A stretch of DNA of 64,000 nucleotides from Pseudomonadota bacterium (lineage in GTDB: Bacteria > Pseudomonadota > Gammaproteobacteria > Burkholderiales > Ferrovaceae). The stretch's first letter is position 1, and each line of letters starts with the position of its first letter. The position numbers and the translations under genes were made by a program. The notes beneath the pieces were generated by a model that was not told the DNA's origin, ran no database searches, and saw only the letters and a list, made by a program, of their open reading frames with translations. The DNA lies in contig JAKABO010000006.1 of NCBI GenBank assembly GCA_021796835.1, positions 3,325 to 67,324 of the forward strand, given 5' to 3'. Shown one piece after another: positions 16,824 to 27,131 of this stretch.

Positions 16824-19800
16824 TCAGACGTTTTTCTCGGACCGAACCTGCTCCACCAACCAATCCTTGAGGCGTTCACTGGCCTGCTGGCGTATTTCCG
16901 CGAGATTCGTTTCGTGAACCTGTGCATGCCACTGGGCCACAGCCGATCCTTCCAATCCTTTCTGCCGGAGAAAGTGCGTCAGGGGACAGGACTCCAGCGT
17001 CATATGGTTCCCCAGTTCCCTACGTTTGCCGACGCGTTGCATATAGCGCCAGTGGTGCGCCAGGGCGCCCAGATAGGTGCGTAAAGGATTCCCCGTGGGT
17101 ACCGGCTTCTGGGTCCGCCCGACCCAGGGCACCAGTTCTTCCTTCGGCATGGGCCGCGCCAGGGCATAGCCCTGTGCGTAATGGGCCCCCAGCAGGGTCA
17201 CCGCTTCCAGAACGCTTTCATTTTCCACGCCTTCGACGATCACCACGCGTTCGAGGTCATAACCGATCTGGATGATGGTCCGGATCAAACTCAGGATTTT
17301 GAGCGGTTCGCTGAAAATATCCCGCACCATGGCCTGATCCACCTTGATGACGTCAAAGGGCAAACTGGCCAGGCGTTTCAAACTGCTGAATCCTGCCCCC
17401 AGATCATCGATGGCCAACTTCACGCCCAACCGTTCCAGTTGCGTGATGGCCTCATCCACCATACTCTGGTCGACCTCCTGGTTTTCCAGCAGTTCCAGTG
17501 TCAGTTGAGCCGGTGCAATCTCATTCTTGCGCAACGCCTCTTCGACCCACTGGACACAGGACGGATGCAACAAGGTACTGGGAGAGAGGTTGAGGGACAA
17601 GGGAAAATCGAATCCCTGCCCACGACATTCCCGAATCCATTCCAGCCCCTGGGCCAGCCCCTGCCGAAACAGGGCGTCGAGATCGGAAGAACGCAACGCC
17701 GTCAGAAATTGGCCCGGCAGGGTCAGGCTTCCATCCGGCATGGTCAGACGCGCCAAGGCTTCCACCTTGAACAGGGCGCCGGTTTTCAGTTCCACCACGG
17801 GCTGCAGAAACAGGCGCAATCCCCCGGAATGCAACCGTTCCCGGTAAATCGCGGCCTGGTGCGAATCCATGACCGGGAATCGGCCGGCATGGCTCAATCG
17901 CACCAACTGCTCCCAGCGATTCTGGAGCGAAGCAATGAACGTACGCATCCAGCCCGAAGAAAACTGGTGGGGATAGGCGCCCAGCACGATCATGACGAAT
18001 TCCATTTCCTGCGGCCCCCGGACCGGAATGGCCACCGCGCTACGGATCCCCAGGGAACGAAAAGACGAGTGCCAGGTATGGGTACGCGCATCCATGAGAT
18101 AGGCATCGGTACACTGGATTTGCCCCGAATGCCAGGCACGGGCAATCAACCCTTGTCCTGCCTCGGAGCGTGTGTCCAGAATGGGGCGCATCCCCGGAAG
18201 CTGCAGGATGGAATCCAATGCCTGGGACTTGACCCCCGCGTTCAGTTCCGTGGCAAAGATCCCGTCAGCCTGGGGACGCAATACCTGTACAACCAGAATG
18301 CCCGGCAATGACGACAGTGTTTCCAACTCGGACTGGGCCACCTCCAGCCATTGCACCGAATGGGAATCCAGCGGACGGGAGTGATAGGCGCTGTAGAGGT
18401 CTGCGGTTTGCTGCATGGCGTCCAGTTGGCCCTCGACATCGATCTGCAGCCGCGCATCGATCACGCGCAGGGCGCGATAGCGTTCCCGCGACACCAGTGA
18501 CAGGGTATCCAGATAGCGCCGCAACAATCCACGATACAAACTCATGGCCCGGGTCATCCAGGCCCCCGTCACACCGATCAGGGCATGCACGCGTCCCAAC
18601 CGGGCCGCCTGGGCCTGGATCTGCTCGTAGGTCGTCGCCGGATCGATCAGGAAACTCAAATACGCCGACTGACTCCGTTTCAGTTTCAGGTATTCATCAT
18701 CCCCCAGAGTCTGCAGGATCTCGAGCGTGCCCTCATCCCGCTCCATATCCTCGTAGAAAGAACGAATAAACTCATCCGAAACCTGTTCCAGATGGGGTTG
18801 CACCAGACTCAGCAGAAACTTCGCCTCACTGCCAAAGGGATCAAAAGGGCCCTCTGGTGCAGGTTCTTCCATGGGCGCCGAGCCCAGAATCCACCATTCC
18901 TTTCGTTCATGTTTGTGCAACTTGGCCTGGTACATGGCTGCATCGGCTTTGCGCATCAATTCTTCCGGCGTCTCCGCATCCCCTGGGTAGAACACCACGC
19001 CCATGGTCATGTCGATCATCACGCCCCCTTCCGCCCCATCCAGATAAAAAGACGTTTCCACGGCCTGATGGAGTCGGGCCAGCGCGCTGCCGAGTTCATG
19101 CTGAACCTGGCTTTCATCCAGATCCTCGAAAACCACCACAAACTCATCGCCCCCGAGGCGGGCGACATAATTCGATTCCCGGATCTTGTGACGCAGGCGT
19201 TGCGCCAGTTCCTGCAAAAGGATATCGCCCTGCCCATGACCATAACGATCATTGACGGGTTTGAAATCATCCAGATCGATCATGCCCAGGGCAACCACCC
19301 GTTCGTGTCGTTCGGCCCGGGCCATCGCCCTGGGCAGGTATTCCTCCAGCGCCAGACGATTGGGCAGTCCTGTCAAATTGTCGGTGCGCGCAAGTTGGGC
19401 ATCCTCCATTTGCAATGCGTGGATATGCAGTTTGAGATCGTGTTCTCCGAGGCTCCGACTGAGCAAGGCGGCCACCCTCAGGCAGAGTCCCAACGTGTCT
19501 TCATCAAACGTATCGATACGGGGCGAAGCCAACACCAGCACAGCCCAGAGTTCTCCGCCTCTCTGGATGGGCGTGGCCAACAAACTGAGCCAGCGGTTTT
19601 TGGCGAAGAGCGCGTGCCAGTGGTGCAGGGAAGGATCGCTCAGGGTGTCGTTGGACAGGACAGTCTGCCCGGTTCGCCAGGCCCGCACGATGAGCGGTGC
19701 ATCTTCGGCCTGGGTCAGGCGGGGACGCGCCTCGATGATCTGGCGTGACCCGGTTCCCGACTTGGCTATTTCCTCGAAATAGCCGTCCGGCCCGGGGCGC

Positions 19801-20477
19801 CCGATCCAGGCTGCGCTGAAAATGGTGTCGTTCGTCAGGCTGGCACAGAGATTCTGCTGCATTTCCTGATCGCTCTGATATTGGATCAGAGCCTCGACGG
19901 AACCGAACAAAGCCCGATAGAGGCGACGTTGGTTTTCATCTTCCTGGCGCAGCAGAGGCAGGGAATGAATCAGTACCATGCCCGCCAATGCCGCACAGGA
20001 CTCCAGCAGGCTGACCTGCGCTGCGCTGGGTTCCCCTTCCACCAACCCCGTCAAGGCAAAGGTCCCCACCAGTCGTCCGTCCTTGCGCAGGGGCCAGGAC
20101 CAGCAGGATTTCAGTTGCCAGGTTTCCGCCGGAACGCGCAGATCATCCCAGCGCGAATCATGCGGAATATCACTGACCACCACCGGTTCCTGACGATGAA
20201 TGACGTTCCCGCAGGATCCCGCATGGGGCCCGGGGACGAGATCCGAAAAAACCTGAATCAGTTCAGGGGGCGCATGGGGTGCCGCCAGGGTCTGGAGGCG
20301 CCCGTTCTCATCCACGATCATCAGGGAGGCGATACGTCCGGGACTCACCGATTCGGCGAAAACGCAGATCTCTCCGGCCAGGACATCCGCCTGCGCCCCC
20401 TGTGCCAGGGACTGCAGAATACGGGCTGAAAAATGCACCAGAGCAAGATGCAGACCTTCTTCATTCATATCAGCCAC
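16824..20477 (-). CDS. Multi-sensor c-di-GMP protein: GAF-GAF-GGDEF-globin-like-GAF-EAL-His/Cys tail
   Basis: Contains 'RLGGDEFVVVF'. EAL set: 'FKVEALARL', 'DDLGAGFSSL', 'EGVENE', 'QGYALARP'. Globin-sensor-like 'RLGRVHALIGVTGAW'. C-terminal 'HWRY..CPLTHF..HAQVH'. Confidence 0.85.
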   Translation of the reverse strand: MADMNEEGLHLALVHFSARILQSLAQGAQADVLAGEICVFAESVSPGRIASLMIVDENGRLQTLAAPHAPPELIQVFSDLVPGPHAGSCGNVIHRQEPVVVSDIPHDSRWDDLRVPAETWQLKSCWSWPLRKDGRLVGTFALTGLVEGEPSAAQVSLLESCAALAGMVLIHSLPLLRQEDENQRRLYRALFGSVEALIQYQSDQEMQQNLCASLTNDTIFSAAWIGRPGPDGYFEEIAKSGTGSRQIIEARPRLTQAEDAPLIVRAWRTGQTVLSNDTLSDPSLHHWHALFAKNRWLSLLATPIQRGGELWAVLVLASPRIDTFDEDTLGLCLRVAALLSRSLGEHDLKLHIHALQMEDAQLARTDNLTGLPNRLALEEYLPRAMARAERHERVVALGMIDLDDFKPVNDRYGHGQGDILLQELAQRLRHKIRESNYVARLGGDEFVVVFEDLDESQVQHELGSALARLHQAVETSFYLDGAEGGVMIDMTMGVVFYPGDAETPEELMRKADAAMYQAKLHKHERKEWWILGSAPMEEPAPEGPFDPFGSEAKFLLSLVQPHLEQVSDEFIRSFYEDMERDEGTLEILQTLGDDEYLKLKRSQSAYLSFLIDPATTYEQIQAQAARLGRVHALIGVTGAWMTRAMSLYRGLLRRYLDTLSLVSRERYRALRVIDARLQIDVEGQLDAMQQTADLYSAYHSRPLDSHSVQWLEVAQSELETLSSLPGILVVQVLRPQADGIFATELNAGVKSQALDSILQLPGMRPILDTRSEAGQGLIARAWHSGQIQCTDAYLMDARTHTWHSSFRSLGIRSAVAIPVRGPQEMEFVMIVLGAYPHQFSSGWMRTFIASLQNRWEQLVRLSHAGRFPVMDSHQAAIYRERLHSGGLRLFLQPVVELKTGALFKVEALARLTMPDGSLTLPGQFLTALRSSDLDALFRQGLAQGLEWIRECRGQGFDFPLSLNLSPSTLLHPSCVQWVEEALRKNEIAPAQLTLELLENQEVDQSMVDEAITQLERLGVKLAIDDLGAGFSSLKRLASLPFDVIKVDQAMVRDIFSEPLKILSLIRTIIQIGYDLERVVIVEGVENESVLEAVTLLGAHYAQGYALARPMPKEELVPWVGRTQKPVPTGNPLRTYLGALAHHWRYMQRVGKRRELGNHMTLESCPLTHFLRQKGLEGSAVAQWHAQVHETNLAEIRQQASERLKDWLVEQVRSEKNV

Positions 20478-20609
20478 GGTACCGCATCAACGCATATTCT
20501 CCAAGTAGCGCCCATTGTCCTATACCAAACCGCCAGGATCAAGCCGTCCTGCCGTCGATCTGCGGCAAATCCCCCTGAATCGGGTTCCGGAAGGGGCGCC
20601 CGCGCAGAA

Positions 20610-20828
20610 TCAGACACGGCATACGTCGTAGCCGGCGTTCCGAACAGCGGCCATCACCGCTTCGGCATCCACCGCGCCCCGTACCCGGACGGCTCCGCTG
20701 TCCAGATCGATGGCCAGGTCTTCGACCCCCGGCACGGCGCCCACGACACGGCGAACCGTACCCACACAACCCTGACATGTCATGCCGGTCACGATCAGGT
20801 TCAATTCTCCAGATAGGGGGTTGTTCAT
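20610..20828 (-). CDS. Heavy-metal-associated (CopZ-like) metallochaperone
   Basis: 'LIVTGMTCQGCVGTVRRVV' HMA motif. SD GAGGAGG lies 7 nt upstream of ATG 20828. Confidence 0.8.
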   Translation of the reverse strand: MNNPLSGELNLIVTGMTCQGCVGTVRRVVGAVPGVEDLAIDLDSGAVRVRGAVDAEAVMAAVRNAGYDVCRV

Positions 20829-20844
20829 CAAATGCCTCCTCATG

Positions 20845-20887
20845 CCTTCAAGATATCTTTTTTGAAGGCTATACTATAGCCCTTCAA
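20845..20887. promoter_or_regulatory. Three CCTTCAA/TTGAAGG half-sites in the copZ-opgD divergent spacer
   Basis: CCTTCAA (20845-51), TTGAAGG (20862-68), CCTTCAA (20881-87). The last two form the imperfect 26-bp palindrome TTGAAGGCTATAcTATAGCCcTTCAA. This overlaps a TTCAAG-17-TATACT promoter-like motif facing opgD. Confidence 0.35.
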
Positions 20888-20916
20888 CCTTCCTCATTGC
20901 CAGGTGAAATTCCACC

Positions 20917-22572
20917 ATGTCGTTCCTGAATCGCCGTCACTTCATGGGTACCCTCGCTACCTTGCTGGCCAGTCCCTTCTTCACCCGCCTTGCACAGGCC
21001 GAACCCGATCATCTGGATCTGGGACCGGGGACCGCCTTTTCCTGGGAAGGACTATGTGCCGAGGCCAGGAAACGGGCCCAGCAACCCTATGCGCCGCCCC
21101 TGTCTCCCGATGCCGCCATCGTGGATCGTATCGACTGGGATGCCCATAGCCAGATTCATTTCAAGATGGACCATGCGCTTTTTGCCGACGGTCCGGGAGA
21201 CTATGCCATCGCATTTTTTCATCCGGGCAAGTTTTTCCCCTTCCCCGTCAAAATGTACCGTCTCGACCAACCCCTGGAAAACGAGCACGCACGCACCGAA
21301 GCACGGGAGGTACTCTTCGACAGGCACCTGTTTGACATGCCCGAACACAGTCCGGCCCGGGAATTGAGCCATCCGTCCGGGTTCGCCGGTTTCCGCATCC
21401 AGGAAAGCCGCAGCGGTTCCGGACCGGACTGGCGCAGCAACGACTGGGCGGCCTTTCTGGGCGCGTCCTATTTCCGCGCCATCGGCGACGAATACCAGTA
21501 CGGCCTCTCGGCACGAGGGGTTTCCGTCAATACCGGAACCCAGGACCAGAAGGAGGAATTCCCCCTCTTCACGCACTTTTACTTCGCCCCGCCTCAACCC
21601 GGCTCCCGGGAAGTATCGGTCTATGCCCTGCTGGACGGACCCAGCCTCTCCGGGGCCTACCATTTCACCCTCACCCGGAACAAGGCCGTCCTCATGGACG
21701 TCCAGGCGGAACTATTCCTGCGCCGGGACATCGCCCATTTCGGCCTGGCCCCCATGACCTCCATGTACTGGTTTTCTGACAAAGACAAGACCTTTCAGGA
21801 GGACTGGAGACCACAGGTCCATGATTCAGACGGACTTTCCTTATGGACCGGAAGCAACGAACACATTTGGCGGCCCCTGATCAATCCCTCCAACGCTGAA
21901 AACCCGAAGGGATCGCACCCCCCGACGTTTGAATGGGGATTGCCCATCGAGGTGTCCCATTTTTCCGACGAGAACCCGAAGGGCTTCGGCCTGATTCAAC
22001 GCGAACGCCACTTCGACCAATACCTGGATGCCGTGCATTACGAACGGCGCCCCAGTTTATGGATCGAGCCCCTGAATGCCTGGGGCAAAGGCACGGTCCG
22101 TCTGGTGGAACTCCACACCACGGAAGAGTTGTACGACAACGTCGTGGCCATGTGGGTCCCCGCCGCCCCGGCACGCGCCGGGTCCCGGCATTCCCTGCGT
22201 TACCGCCTCTACTGGCAGGCCGATGAACCCTTTGCCACTACCCTGGCGCGCTGCGTCGGTACCGGAATCGGACGAGGAGGAGAACCGGGGCACCGGTTGC
22301 CGGGTGTCCACAAGTTCGAGGTGGTTTTTCAGGGCGGAGAACTGTTCCATCTTCCGGCGGGGAGTGCGCCCGAAGCCGTCATCACACCTTCGCGCGGACG
22401 TATCCTGAGTGCCGCCACGGAACCCGTCCCCAATGGCCAACCGGGATTGTGGCGCGCACTCTTCGACCTGGCCGAAGTAAAAGGCAGCGATCCCGTGGAG
22501 ATCCGTTTATATCTGAAACGGGGAAACGACACCTTGAGCGAAACCTGGCTCTACCATTATCTGCCCACCTGA
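20917..22572 (+). CDS. opgD: Periplasmic glucan biosynthesis protein OpgD/MdoD (Tat signal)
   Basis: Twin-arginine 'NRRHFMGTLATLLA' followed by an MdoG/MdoD-family body. Confidence 0.8.
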   Translation: MSFLNRRHFMGTLATLLASPFFTRLAQAEPDHLDLGPGTAFSWEGLCAEARKRAQQPYAPPLSPDAAIVDRIDWDAHSQIHFKMDHALFADGPGDYAIAFFHPGKFFPFPVKMYRLDQPLENEHARTEAREVLFDRHLFDMPEHSPARELSHPSGFAGFRIQESRSGSGPDWRSNDWAAFLGASYFRAIGDEYQYGLSARGVSVNTGTQDQKEEFPLFTHFYFAPPQPGSREVSVYALLDGPSLSGAYHFTLTRNKAVLMDVQAELFLRRDIAHFGLAPMTSMYWFSDKDKTFQEDWRPQVHDSDGLSLWTGSNEHIWRPLINPSNAENPKGSHPPTFEWGLPIEVSHFSDENPKGFGLIQRERHFDQYLDAVHYERRPSLWIEPLNAWGKGTVRLVELHTTEELYDNVVAMWVPAAPARAGSRHSLRYRLYWQADEPFATTLARCVGTGIGRGGEPGHRLPGVHKFEVVFQGGELFHLPAGSAPEAVITPSRGRILSAATEPVPNGQPGLWRALFDLAEVKGSDPVEIRLYLKRGNDTLSETWLYHYLPT

Positions 22573-22584
22573 GGAAGTTCCCCC

Positions 22585-24069
22585 ATGGAGGTCGTCGTCG
22601 TTGGTATCCTTTCCCTGGCGCTGGGAGCCCTGCTCTCCAGTTTGATCTGGCGCAGTCGACTGGCGGTGTGCACCGAAAAGGGGCGTTCGGAAGGCGCGGT
22701 GGAGCGCACTCAATGGATGGAACGCGCCAGTCGGCTGCCTGAACTGGAAAGGCGTTTGAGCGAACTCGAGCAAGCCCTGAATCAGGCACGCGACCATGAA
22801 CATCACTGGCACCTCCAGGAGGGCCGCCTGTCCGCCGAACTCACCGCCGAACAGGCCCGTTGCCAGCGCCTGGTGGAAGAGTTGAACGAAGCGCGCCAAA
22901 ACCTCCAGAGGGAGGTCAACGAACACAGGCAACACCTGGCCCAGGTGGCAGAATTACAGACCAGGCTGGAGGCGGAACGCAGGCAGGCCGGAGAAAAAAT
23001 CGTTCTCCTGCAGGAGGCGCGGGATGAATTGTCCCTGCAATTCAAGAACCTGGCCAACGACATCCTGGAAGAAAAATCCCGCCATTTCAAGGAACAGAAC
23101 GAGAACTCCCTGGGACAGTTGCTCAATCCCCTGCGGGAGCGCCTGGGCGAGTTTGGCACGAAGGTGGAAGAAATCCACCGTCGGGACACGGAGCAACAGG
23201 CTCAACTCAAAGCCGAATTGGGACACCTCAAGGCGCTCAACCAGCAGATGAGCGTGGAAGCCCACCAACTGGCCACGGCCCTCAAGGGCCAGGCCAAGAA
23301 ACAGGGAAACTGGGGCGAACTGGTTCTGGAGAATCTGCTGGATCGCTCGGGATTGCGGGAAGGCCAGGATTACCGGCGGGAAGTCAGTTTTACCACAGAG
23401 GAAGGACGGCGCCGTCCTGATGTCATCGTCTATCTGCCCCAGTCCAAACATCTGGTCATCGACGCCAAGGTTTCCCTCAACGCCTACACCCGTTACGTCA
23501 ATGCGGAAGAGGATGCGGAACGTGCCGTAGCCCTGAAGGAGCATGTCCAGGCGGTGGCCGCACGCATCCAGGAATTGTCCGACCGTTCCTACTTCACCCT
23601 GCCGAACCTCAACACGCCGGAAATGGTCTTCATGTTCATCCCCATCGAATCGGCCTTCGTGGAAGCCCTGCGCGCCGATGACAGTCTTTTCCAGAAGGCC
23701 ATCGAAAAAAATGTGCTGGTCGCCACCCCCACCACCCTCATGACCAGTCTCAATATCGTCCGCCAGTTGTGGCGTTTCGAAGAACAGAATGCCCATACGG
23801 CCGAACTGGCAGAACGGGCCGGCCGGGTCTATAAAAAACTGGTGGGCTTCGTCGCCAGCATGGAACAGGTCGGCAAGGAACTGGAAAAGGCCCGCACCGT
23901 CTACGACAAGGCCTATGGTCAACTCCATTCGGGCAAGGGCAACCTGATTGCCCAGGCGCGCGAATTCGAACGCCTGGGCGTGTCCATCCAGGCACGCCTG
24001 CCCGAGGATCTGGTGGCCAAAGCCGCACTGGAACTGGAGACTCACGCGGAAAATCCAGAGCTCCCGTGA
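22585..24069 (+). CDS. rmuC: DNA recombination protein RmuC
   Basis: N-terminal TM, a long coiled coil, then the RmuC nuclease-like C-terminal region 'PDVIVYLPQSKHLVIDAKVSL'. Confidence 0.85.
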   Translation: MEVVVVGILSLALGALLSSLIWRSRLAVCTEKGRSEGAVERTQWMERASRLPELERRLSELEQALNQARDHEHHWHLQEGRLSAELTAEQARCQRLVEELNEARQNLQREVNEHRQHLAQVAELQTRLEAERRQAGEKIVLLQEARDELSLQFKNLANDILEEKSRHFKEQNENSLGQLLNPLRERLGEFGTKVEEIHRRDTEQQAQLKAELGHLKALNQQMSVEAHQLATALKGQAKKQGNWGELVLENLLDRSGLREGQDYRREVSFTTEEGRRRPDVIVYLPQSKHLVIDAKVSLNAYTRYVNAEEDAERAVALKEHVQAVAARIQELSDRSYFTLPNLNTPEMVFMFIPIESAFVEALRADDSLFQKAIEKNVLVATPTTLMTSLNIVRQLWRFEEQNAHTAELAERAGRVYKKLVGFVASMEQVGKELEKARTVYDKAYGQLHSGKGNLIAQAREFERLGVSIQARLPEDLVAKAALELETHAENPELP

Positions 24070-24117
24070 GGCCCCCCTGTCCTTCTGGTAGAATTCCATC
24101 CTTTGCGGGGATTGACC

Positions 24118-24999
24118 ATGTGGTTCAAGAATCTTGTGCTTTATCGCCTCAGCACCTGGAATGATTCGGCCGAGTCCCTGAGCGAACGGTTGTCGCACCG
24201 CCCCCTTCAGTCCTGTACGGGAAGTGATCTGCAGCGCAGCGGCTGGCTTCCGCCCAATGACGAAGATTTCGTGTATACCCTGCCGCCCCATCTGCTGATT
24301 TGTCTGGGCGTCGAAAAAAAACTCCTGCCCGCCTCCGTGATTGCCCAACAAGCCCGCCAGCGCGCCGAGGAATTCGAGCAAACCCGCGGCTACAAACCGG
24401 GACGCAAACAGATGAAGGACATCAAGGAAGAGGTGACGGACGAATTGCTCCCCCGCGCCTTTTCCGTGCAACGCAGGACCTACGCCTGGATCGACCCGAA
24501 AAACCAGTGGCTGGCCGTGGACAGCGCCAATCCCGGACGTGCCGAGGAAGTACTGGAGACCCTGCGAAAATGCGACGTGGCGTTCAGTGCTGCCCCCCTG
24601 CGCACCCGTTTGTCTCCGGTCACGGCCATGACTCAATGGCTGGTGGAAGACACGCTTCCCCCGGTTTTCACGATTGATCAGGATTGTGAGTTGCGCGCCC
24701 GCCAGGACGAACGCATGAAAGTGCGCTATGCCCACCATTCCCTGGAAGGCGCCGAGATCCGGCAACATGTTCAGGGAGGCAAGGAGGTTTCCCGCCTTGC
24801 TCTGACCTGGGGGCAAAAAATCTCCTTTGTGCTGGATGAAGCCCTGCAGTTGAGGCGCCTGTCCCCGCACGATATCCTGAGCGAAAATTCAAACGCCAGC
24901 GAAGAAGCCTTCGACAATGATTTCACCCTGATGACCAGCGAATTTTCTCATTTGATCCGGGATCTGGTGGAAGCTCTGGACGGTGTGGATGAGCGCTGA
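24118..24999 (+). CDS. rdgC: Recombination-associated protein RdgC
   Basis: 'MWFKNLVLYRL' is the canonical RdgC N-terminus. Length about 293 aa. Confidence 0.85.
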   Translation: MWFKNLVLYRLSTWNDSAESLSERLSHRPLQSCTGSDLQRSGWLPPNDEDFVYTLPPHLLICLGVEKKLLPASVIAQQARQRAEEFEQTRGYKPGRKQMKDIKEEVTDELLPRAFSVQRRTYAWIDPKNQWLAVDSANPGRAEEVLETLRKCDVAFSAAPLRTRLSPVTAMTQWLVEDTLPPVFTIDQDCELRARQDERMKVRYAHHSLEGAEIRQHVQGGKEVSRLALTWGQKISFVLDEALQLRRLSPHDILSENSNASEEAFDNDFTLMTSEFSHLIRDLVEALDGVDER

Positions 25000-25525
25000 G
25001 GCCTCCCGGCGAATCCTGATTCTCGGAGGCGTCCGCTCCGGAAAAAGCGCCCAGGCCGAACAGTGGGCCAAACTCAGTGCCCGCCCGGTCACCTATCTGG
25101 CCACTGCCCGAATCGAAGATGAGGAGATGCGCGCGCGCATTGCCCGGCACCGCTCGACCCGTCCGGCTCACTGGCAAGTGATCGAGGAGCCCGTGGCTCT
25201 GGCAGATACCCTGCTTGCCCATGCGCGCCCCGAGGGTCTCATCCTGGTGGACTGCCTGACGCTGTGGTTGACCAATCTGCTGATCGATGCCGACCCGCAG
25301 CGCGCGCAGTTCGAACAGGATGCCCTCCTGGCACTCCTCCCCACCCTGCCGGGCACTCTGATTCTGGTCAGCAACGAAACCGGATTGGGCGTCGTTCCCC
25401 TGGGGGAATTGACCCGCCGTTTCTGCGATCAGGCCGGTCGCCTGCATCAGGCGCTGGCGACCCTCTGCGACCCGGTTCTCTTGATGGTCGCCGGACTCCC
25501 CCTCTTTCTGAAAGGACACCCATGA
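24983..25525 (+). CDS. cobU: Adenosylcobinamide kinase / adenosylcobinamide-phosphate guanylyltransferase
   Basis: P-loop 'GGVRSGKS', about 180 aa. Overlaps the rdgC end by 17 nt. Confidence 0.85.
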   Translation: MWMSAEASRRILILGGVRSGKSAQAEQWAKLSARPVTYLATARIEDEEMRARIARHRSTRPAHWQVIEEPVALADTLLAHARPEGLILVDCLTLWLTNLLIDADPQRAQFEQDALLALLPTLPGTLILVSNETGLGVVPLGELTRRFCDQAGRLHQALATLCDPVLLMVAGLPLFLKGHP

Positions 25526-26574
25526 TTCCCGACTGGTTCAGCCTTCCCGCCCACCCACTGGATGAAGCCGCACGTCTGGCCGCGCACCAGCGCCAGGCAC
25601 AACTGACCAAACCGCCCGGCTCGCTCGGCCAACTGGAGGAATTGGCCTGCTTTCTGGCCGCCGCTCAAGGGCGGGAACGTCCGCACATGAAGCAGGTGTG
25701 GATCAGCATCTTCGCAGGGGACCACGGCATCACCGCAGAAAACATCTCTGCCTTCCCCCAGGCCGTCACGGGTGAAATGATCAAGAACTTTGCCCGTGGC
25801 GGTGCAGCCATCAGCGTGCTGGCCCGAACCTTGGGCGCCTTCCTCGAAGTCATCGATCTGGGCACGGTTCAGAACCTGGCGCAGGTGCCTGGCGTGCAGC
25901 ATCTGGGGCTGGGTCCCGGCACCGCCAACTTTCTGCATGCGTCGGCCATGACCGAAACCCAATGCCATGCCGCACTGGACGCCGGTCGGGCCCGCGTCGA
26001 GGCCGCACTTCGGACCAGCGCCGATCTCTTCATCGGCGGAGAGATGGGGATCGGCAACACGACTTCCGCCACGGCCATGGCCTGCGCCCTGCTCAACCTT
26101 CCCCCGCACCAACTGGCGGGCCCAGGTACCGGATTGGCCGCATCCGGGGTATCCCACAAGATAGAAGTCATTACCCAAAGCCTGTTGAAACATGAACGTG
26201 TGCTCACTTCTCCTTATGCCATCCTGGAACATCTGGGTGGATTCGAGATTGCCGCCCTCACCGGGGCCTACTGTACGGCCGCCCAAAAGGGTCTGCCCGT
26301 GCTGGTGGATGGATTCATCAGCAGCGTGGCCGCCCTCGTGGCGGAACGCATGAATCCCGGGATAGCCCGTTGGTTCCTGTATGGACATCAATCGGCCGAA
26401 CCCGGGCATCAGGCCGTCCTCGAAGCGCTGGAGGCCCGCCCGCTCTTGTCCCTCGGACTGCGCCTGGGGGAAGGGAGTGGCGCCGCCAGCGCCATTCCCT
26501 TGCTGCGTCTGGCCTGTGCGCTTCATGAGGGGATGGCCACCTTTGCCGAAGCGGCGGTTTCGGAGAAACTGTGA
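25522..26574 (+). CDS. cobT: Nicotinate-nucleotide--dimethylbenzimidazole phosphoribosyltransferase
   Basis: Contains '[13 protein letters not shown]' and '[13 protein letters not shown]'. ATGA overlap with the cobU stop. The N-terminal 86 aa of the track ORF are out-of-gene. Confidence 0.9.
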   Translation: MIPDWFSLPAHPLDEAARLAAHQRQAQLTKPPGSLGQLEELACFLAAAQGRERPHMKQVWISIFAGDHGITAENISAFPQAVTGEMIKNFARGGAAISVLARTLGAFLEVIDLGTVQNLAQVPGVQHLGLGPGTANFLHASAMTETQCHAALDAGRARVEAALRTSADLFIGGEMGIGNTTSATAMACALLNLPPHQLAGPGTGLAASGVSHKIEVITQSLLKHERVLTSPYAILEHLGGFEIAALTGAYCTAAQKGLPVLVDGFISSVAALVAERMNPGIARWFLYGHQSAEPGHQAVLEALEARPLLSLGLRLGEGSGAASAIPLLRLACALHEGMATFAEAAVSEKL

Positions 26575-27131
26575 GCTTCTCCCTTCTGCGCCACGGGGAT
26601 ACGGGATACAGCGGTTTTCGGGGGCGCCTGGATGATCCGCTCACCGCTTTGGGGTGGCAACAAATGGAACAGGCCGTGGCCCGCTGGCGCGGGGATCGGA
26701 TCGTATGCTCTCCCCGCCAGCGCTGCCAGCGCTTTGCCGAAAAGTTGGCCGCCCGTCTGCAGGTCCCGCTGACGGTGGACGAACGTTTCAGCGAACTGGA
26801 TTTCGGGCACTGGGAGGGATGCACCGCCGCAGAATTGGGCCAGAAAGACCCTCAGACGCTGACCGCATTCTGGCAGGATCCCTGGCGACAGCCCCCGCCC
26901 GGAGGGGAGACGCTCGAGCATTTCTGTCAGCGTGTCGAAGCCGGCTGGATCGAACTGGGCCGGCAGTACGCCGGTCAAACGGTCCTCCTGATCACCCATG
27001 GCGGGGTCATCCGCCTGTTGCATCATCGGCTGAAGCAAACCCCGCACGGCGATTTCCTGACCTATCCGGTCCCCCACGGCTCCCTGCATGTCGTGAACGA
27101 CTGGATGAAAAACGAGTCCCATCCTGCGTGA
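26571..27131 (+). CDS. cobC: Alpha-ribazole phosphatase (histidine phosphatase family)
   Basis: 'LLRHGDT' catalytic motif. GTGA overlap with the cobT stop. Confidence 0.8.
   Translation: MSFSLLRHGDTGYSGFRGRLDDPLTALGWQQMEQAVARWRGDRIVCSPRQRCQRFAEKLAARLQVPLTVDERFSELDFGHWEGCTAAELGQKDPQTLTAFWQDPWRQPPPGGETLEHFCQRVEAGWIELGRQYAGQTVLLITHGGVIRLLHHRLKQTPHGDFLTYPVPHGSLHVVNDWMKNESHPA

Noticed and set aside
17181-19782. Several 130-390-aa plus-strand ORFs
   Set aside because: All lie antisense within the 1217-aa GGDEF/EAL gene. They have no motifs and an Arg/Pro/Gly-rich composition.
22954-24870. 638-aa ORF on the minus strand
   Set aside because: It runs antisense to rmuC and rdgC, which have clear family signatures. 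The translation is Gly/Arg/Pro/His/Gln-rich with no motif. This is the usual shadow ORF of high-GC coding DNA.
24900-25000. Cobalamin riboswitch upstream of cobU
   Set aside because: cobU overlaps the end of rdgC, which leaves no leader. No B12-box was seen.
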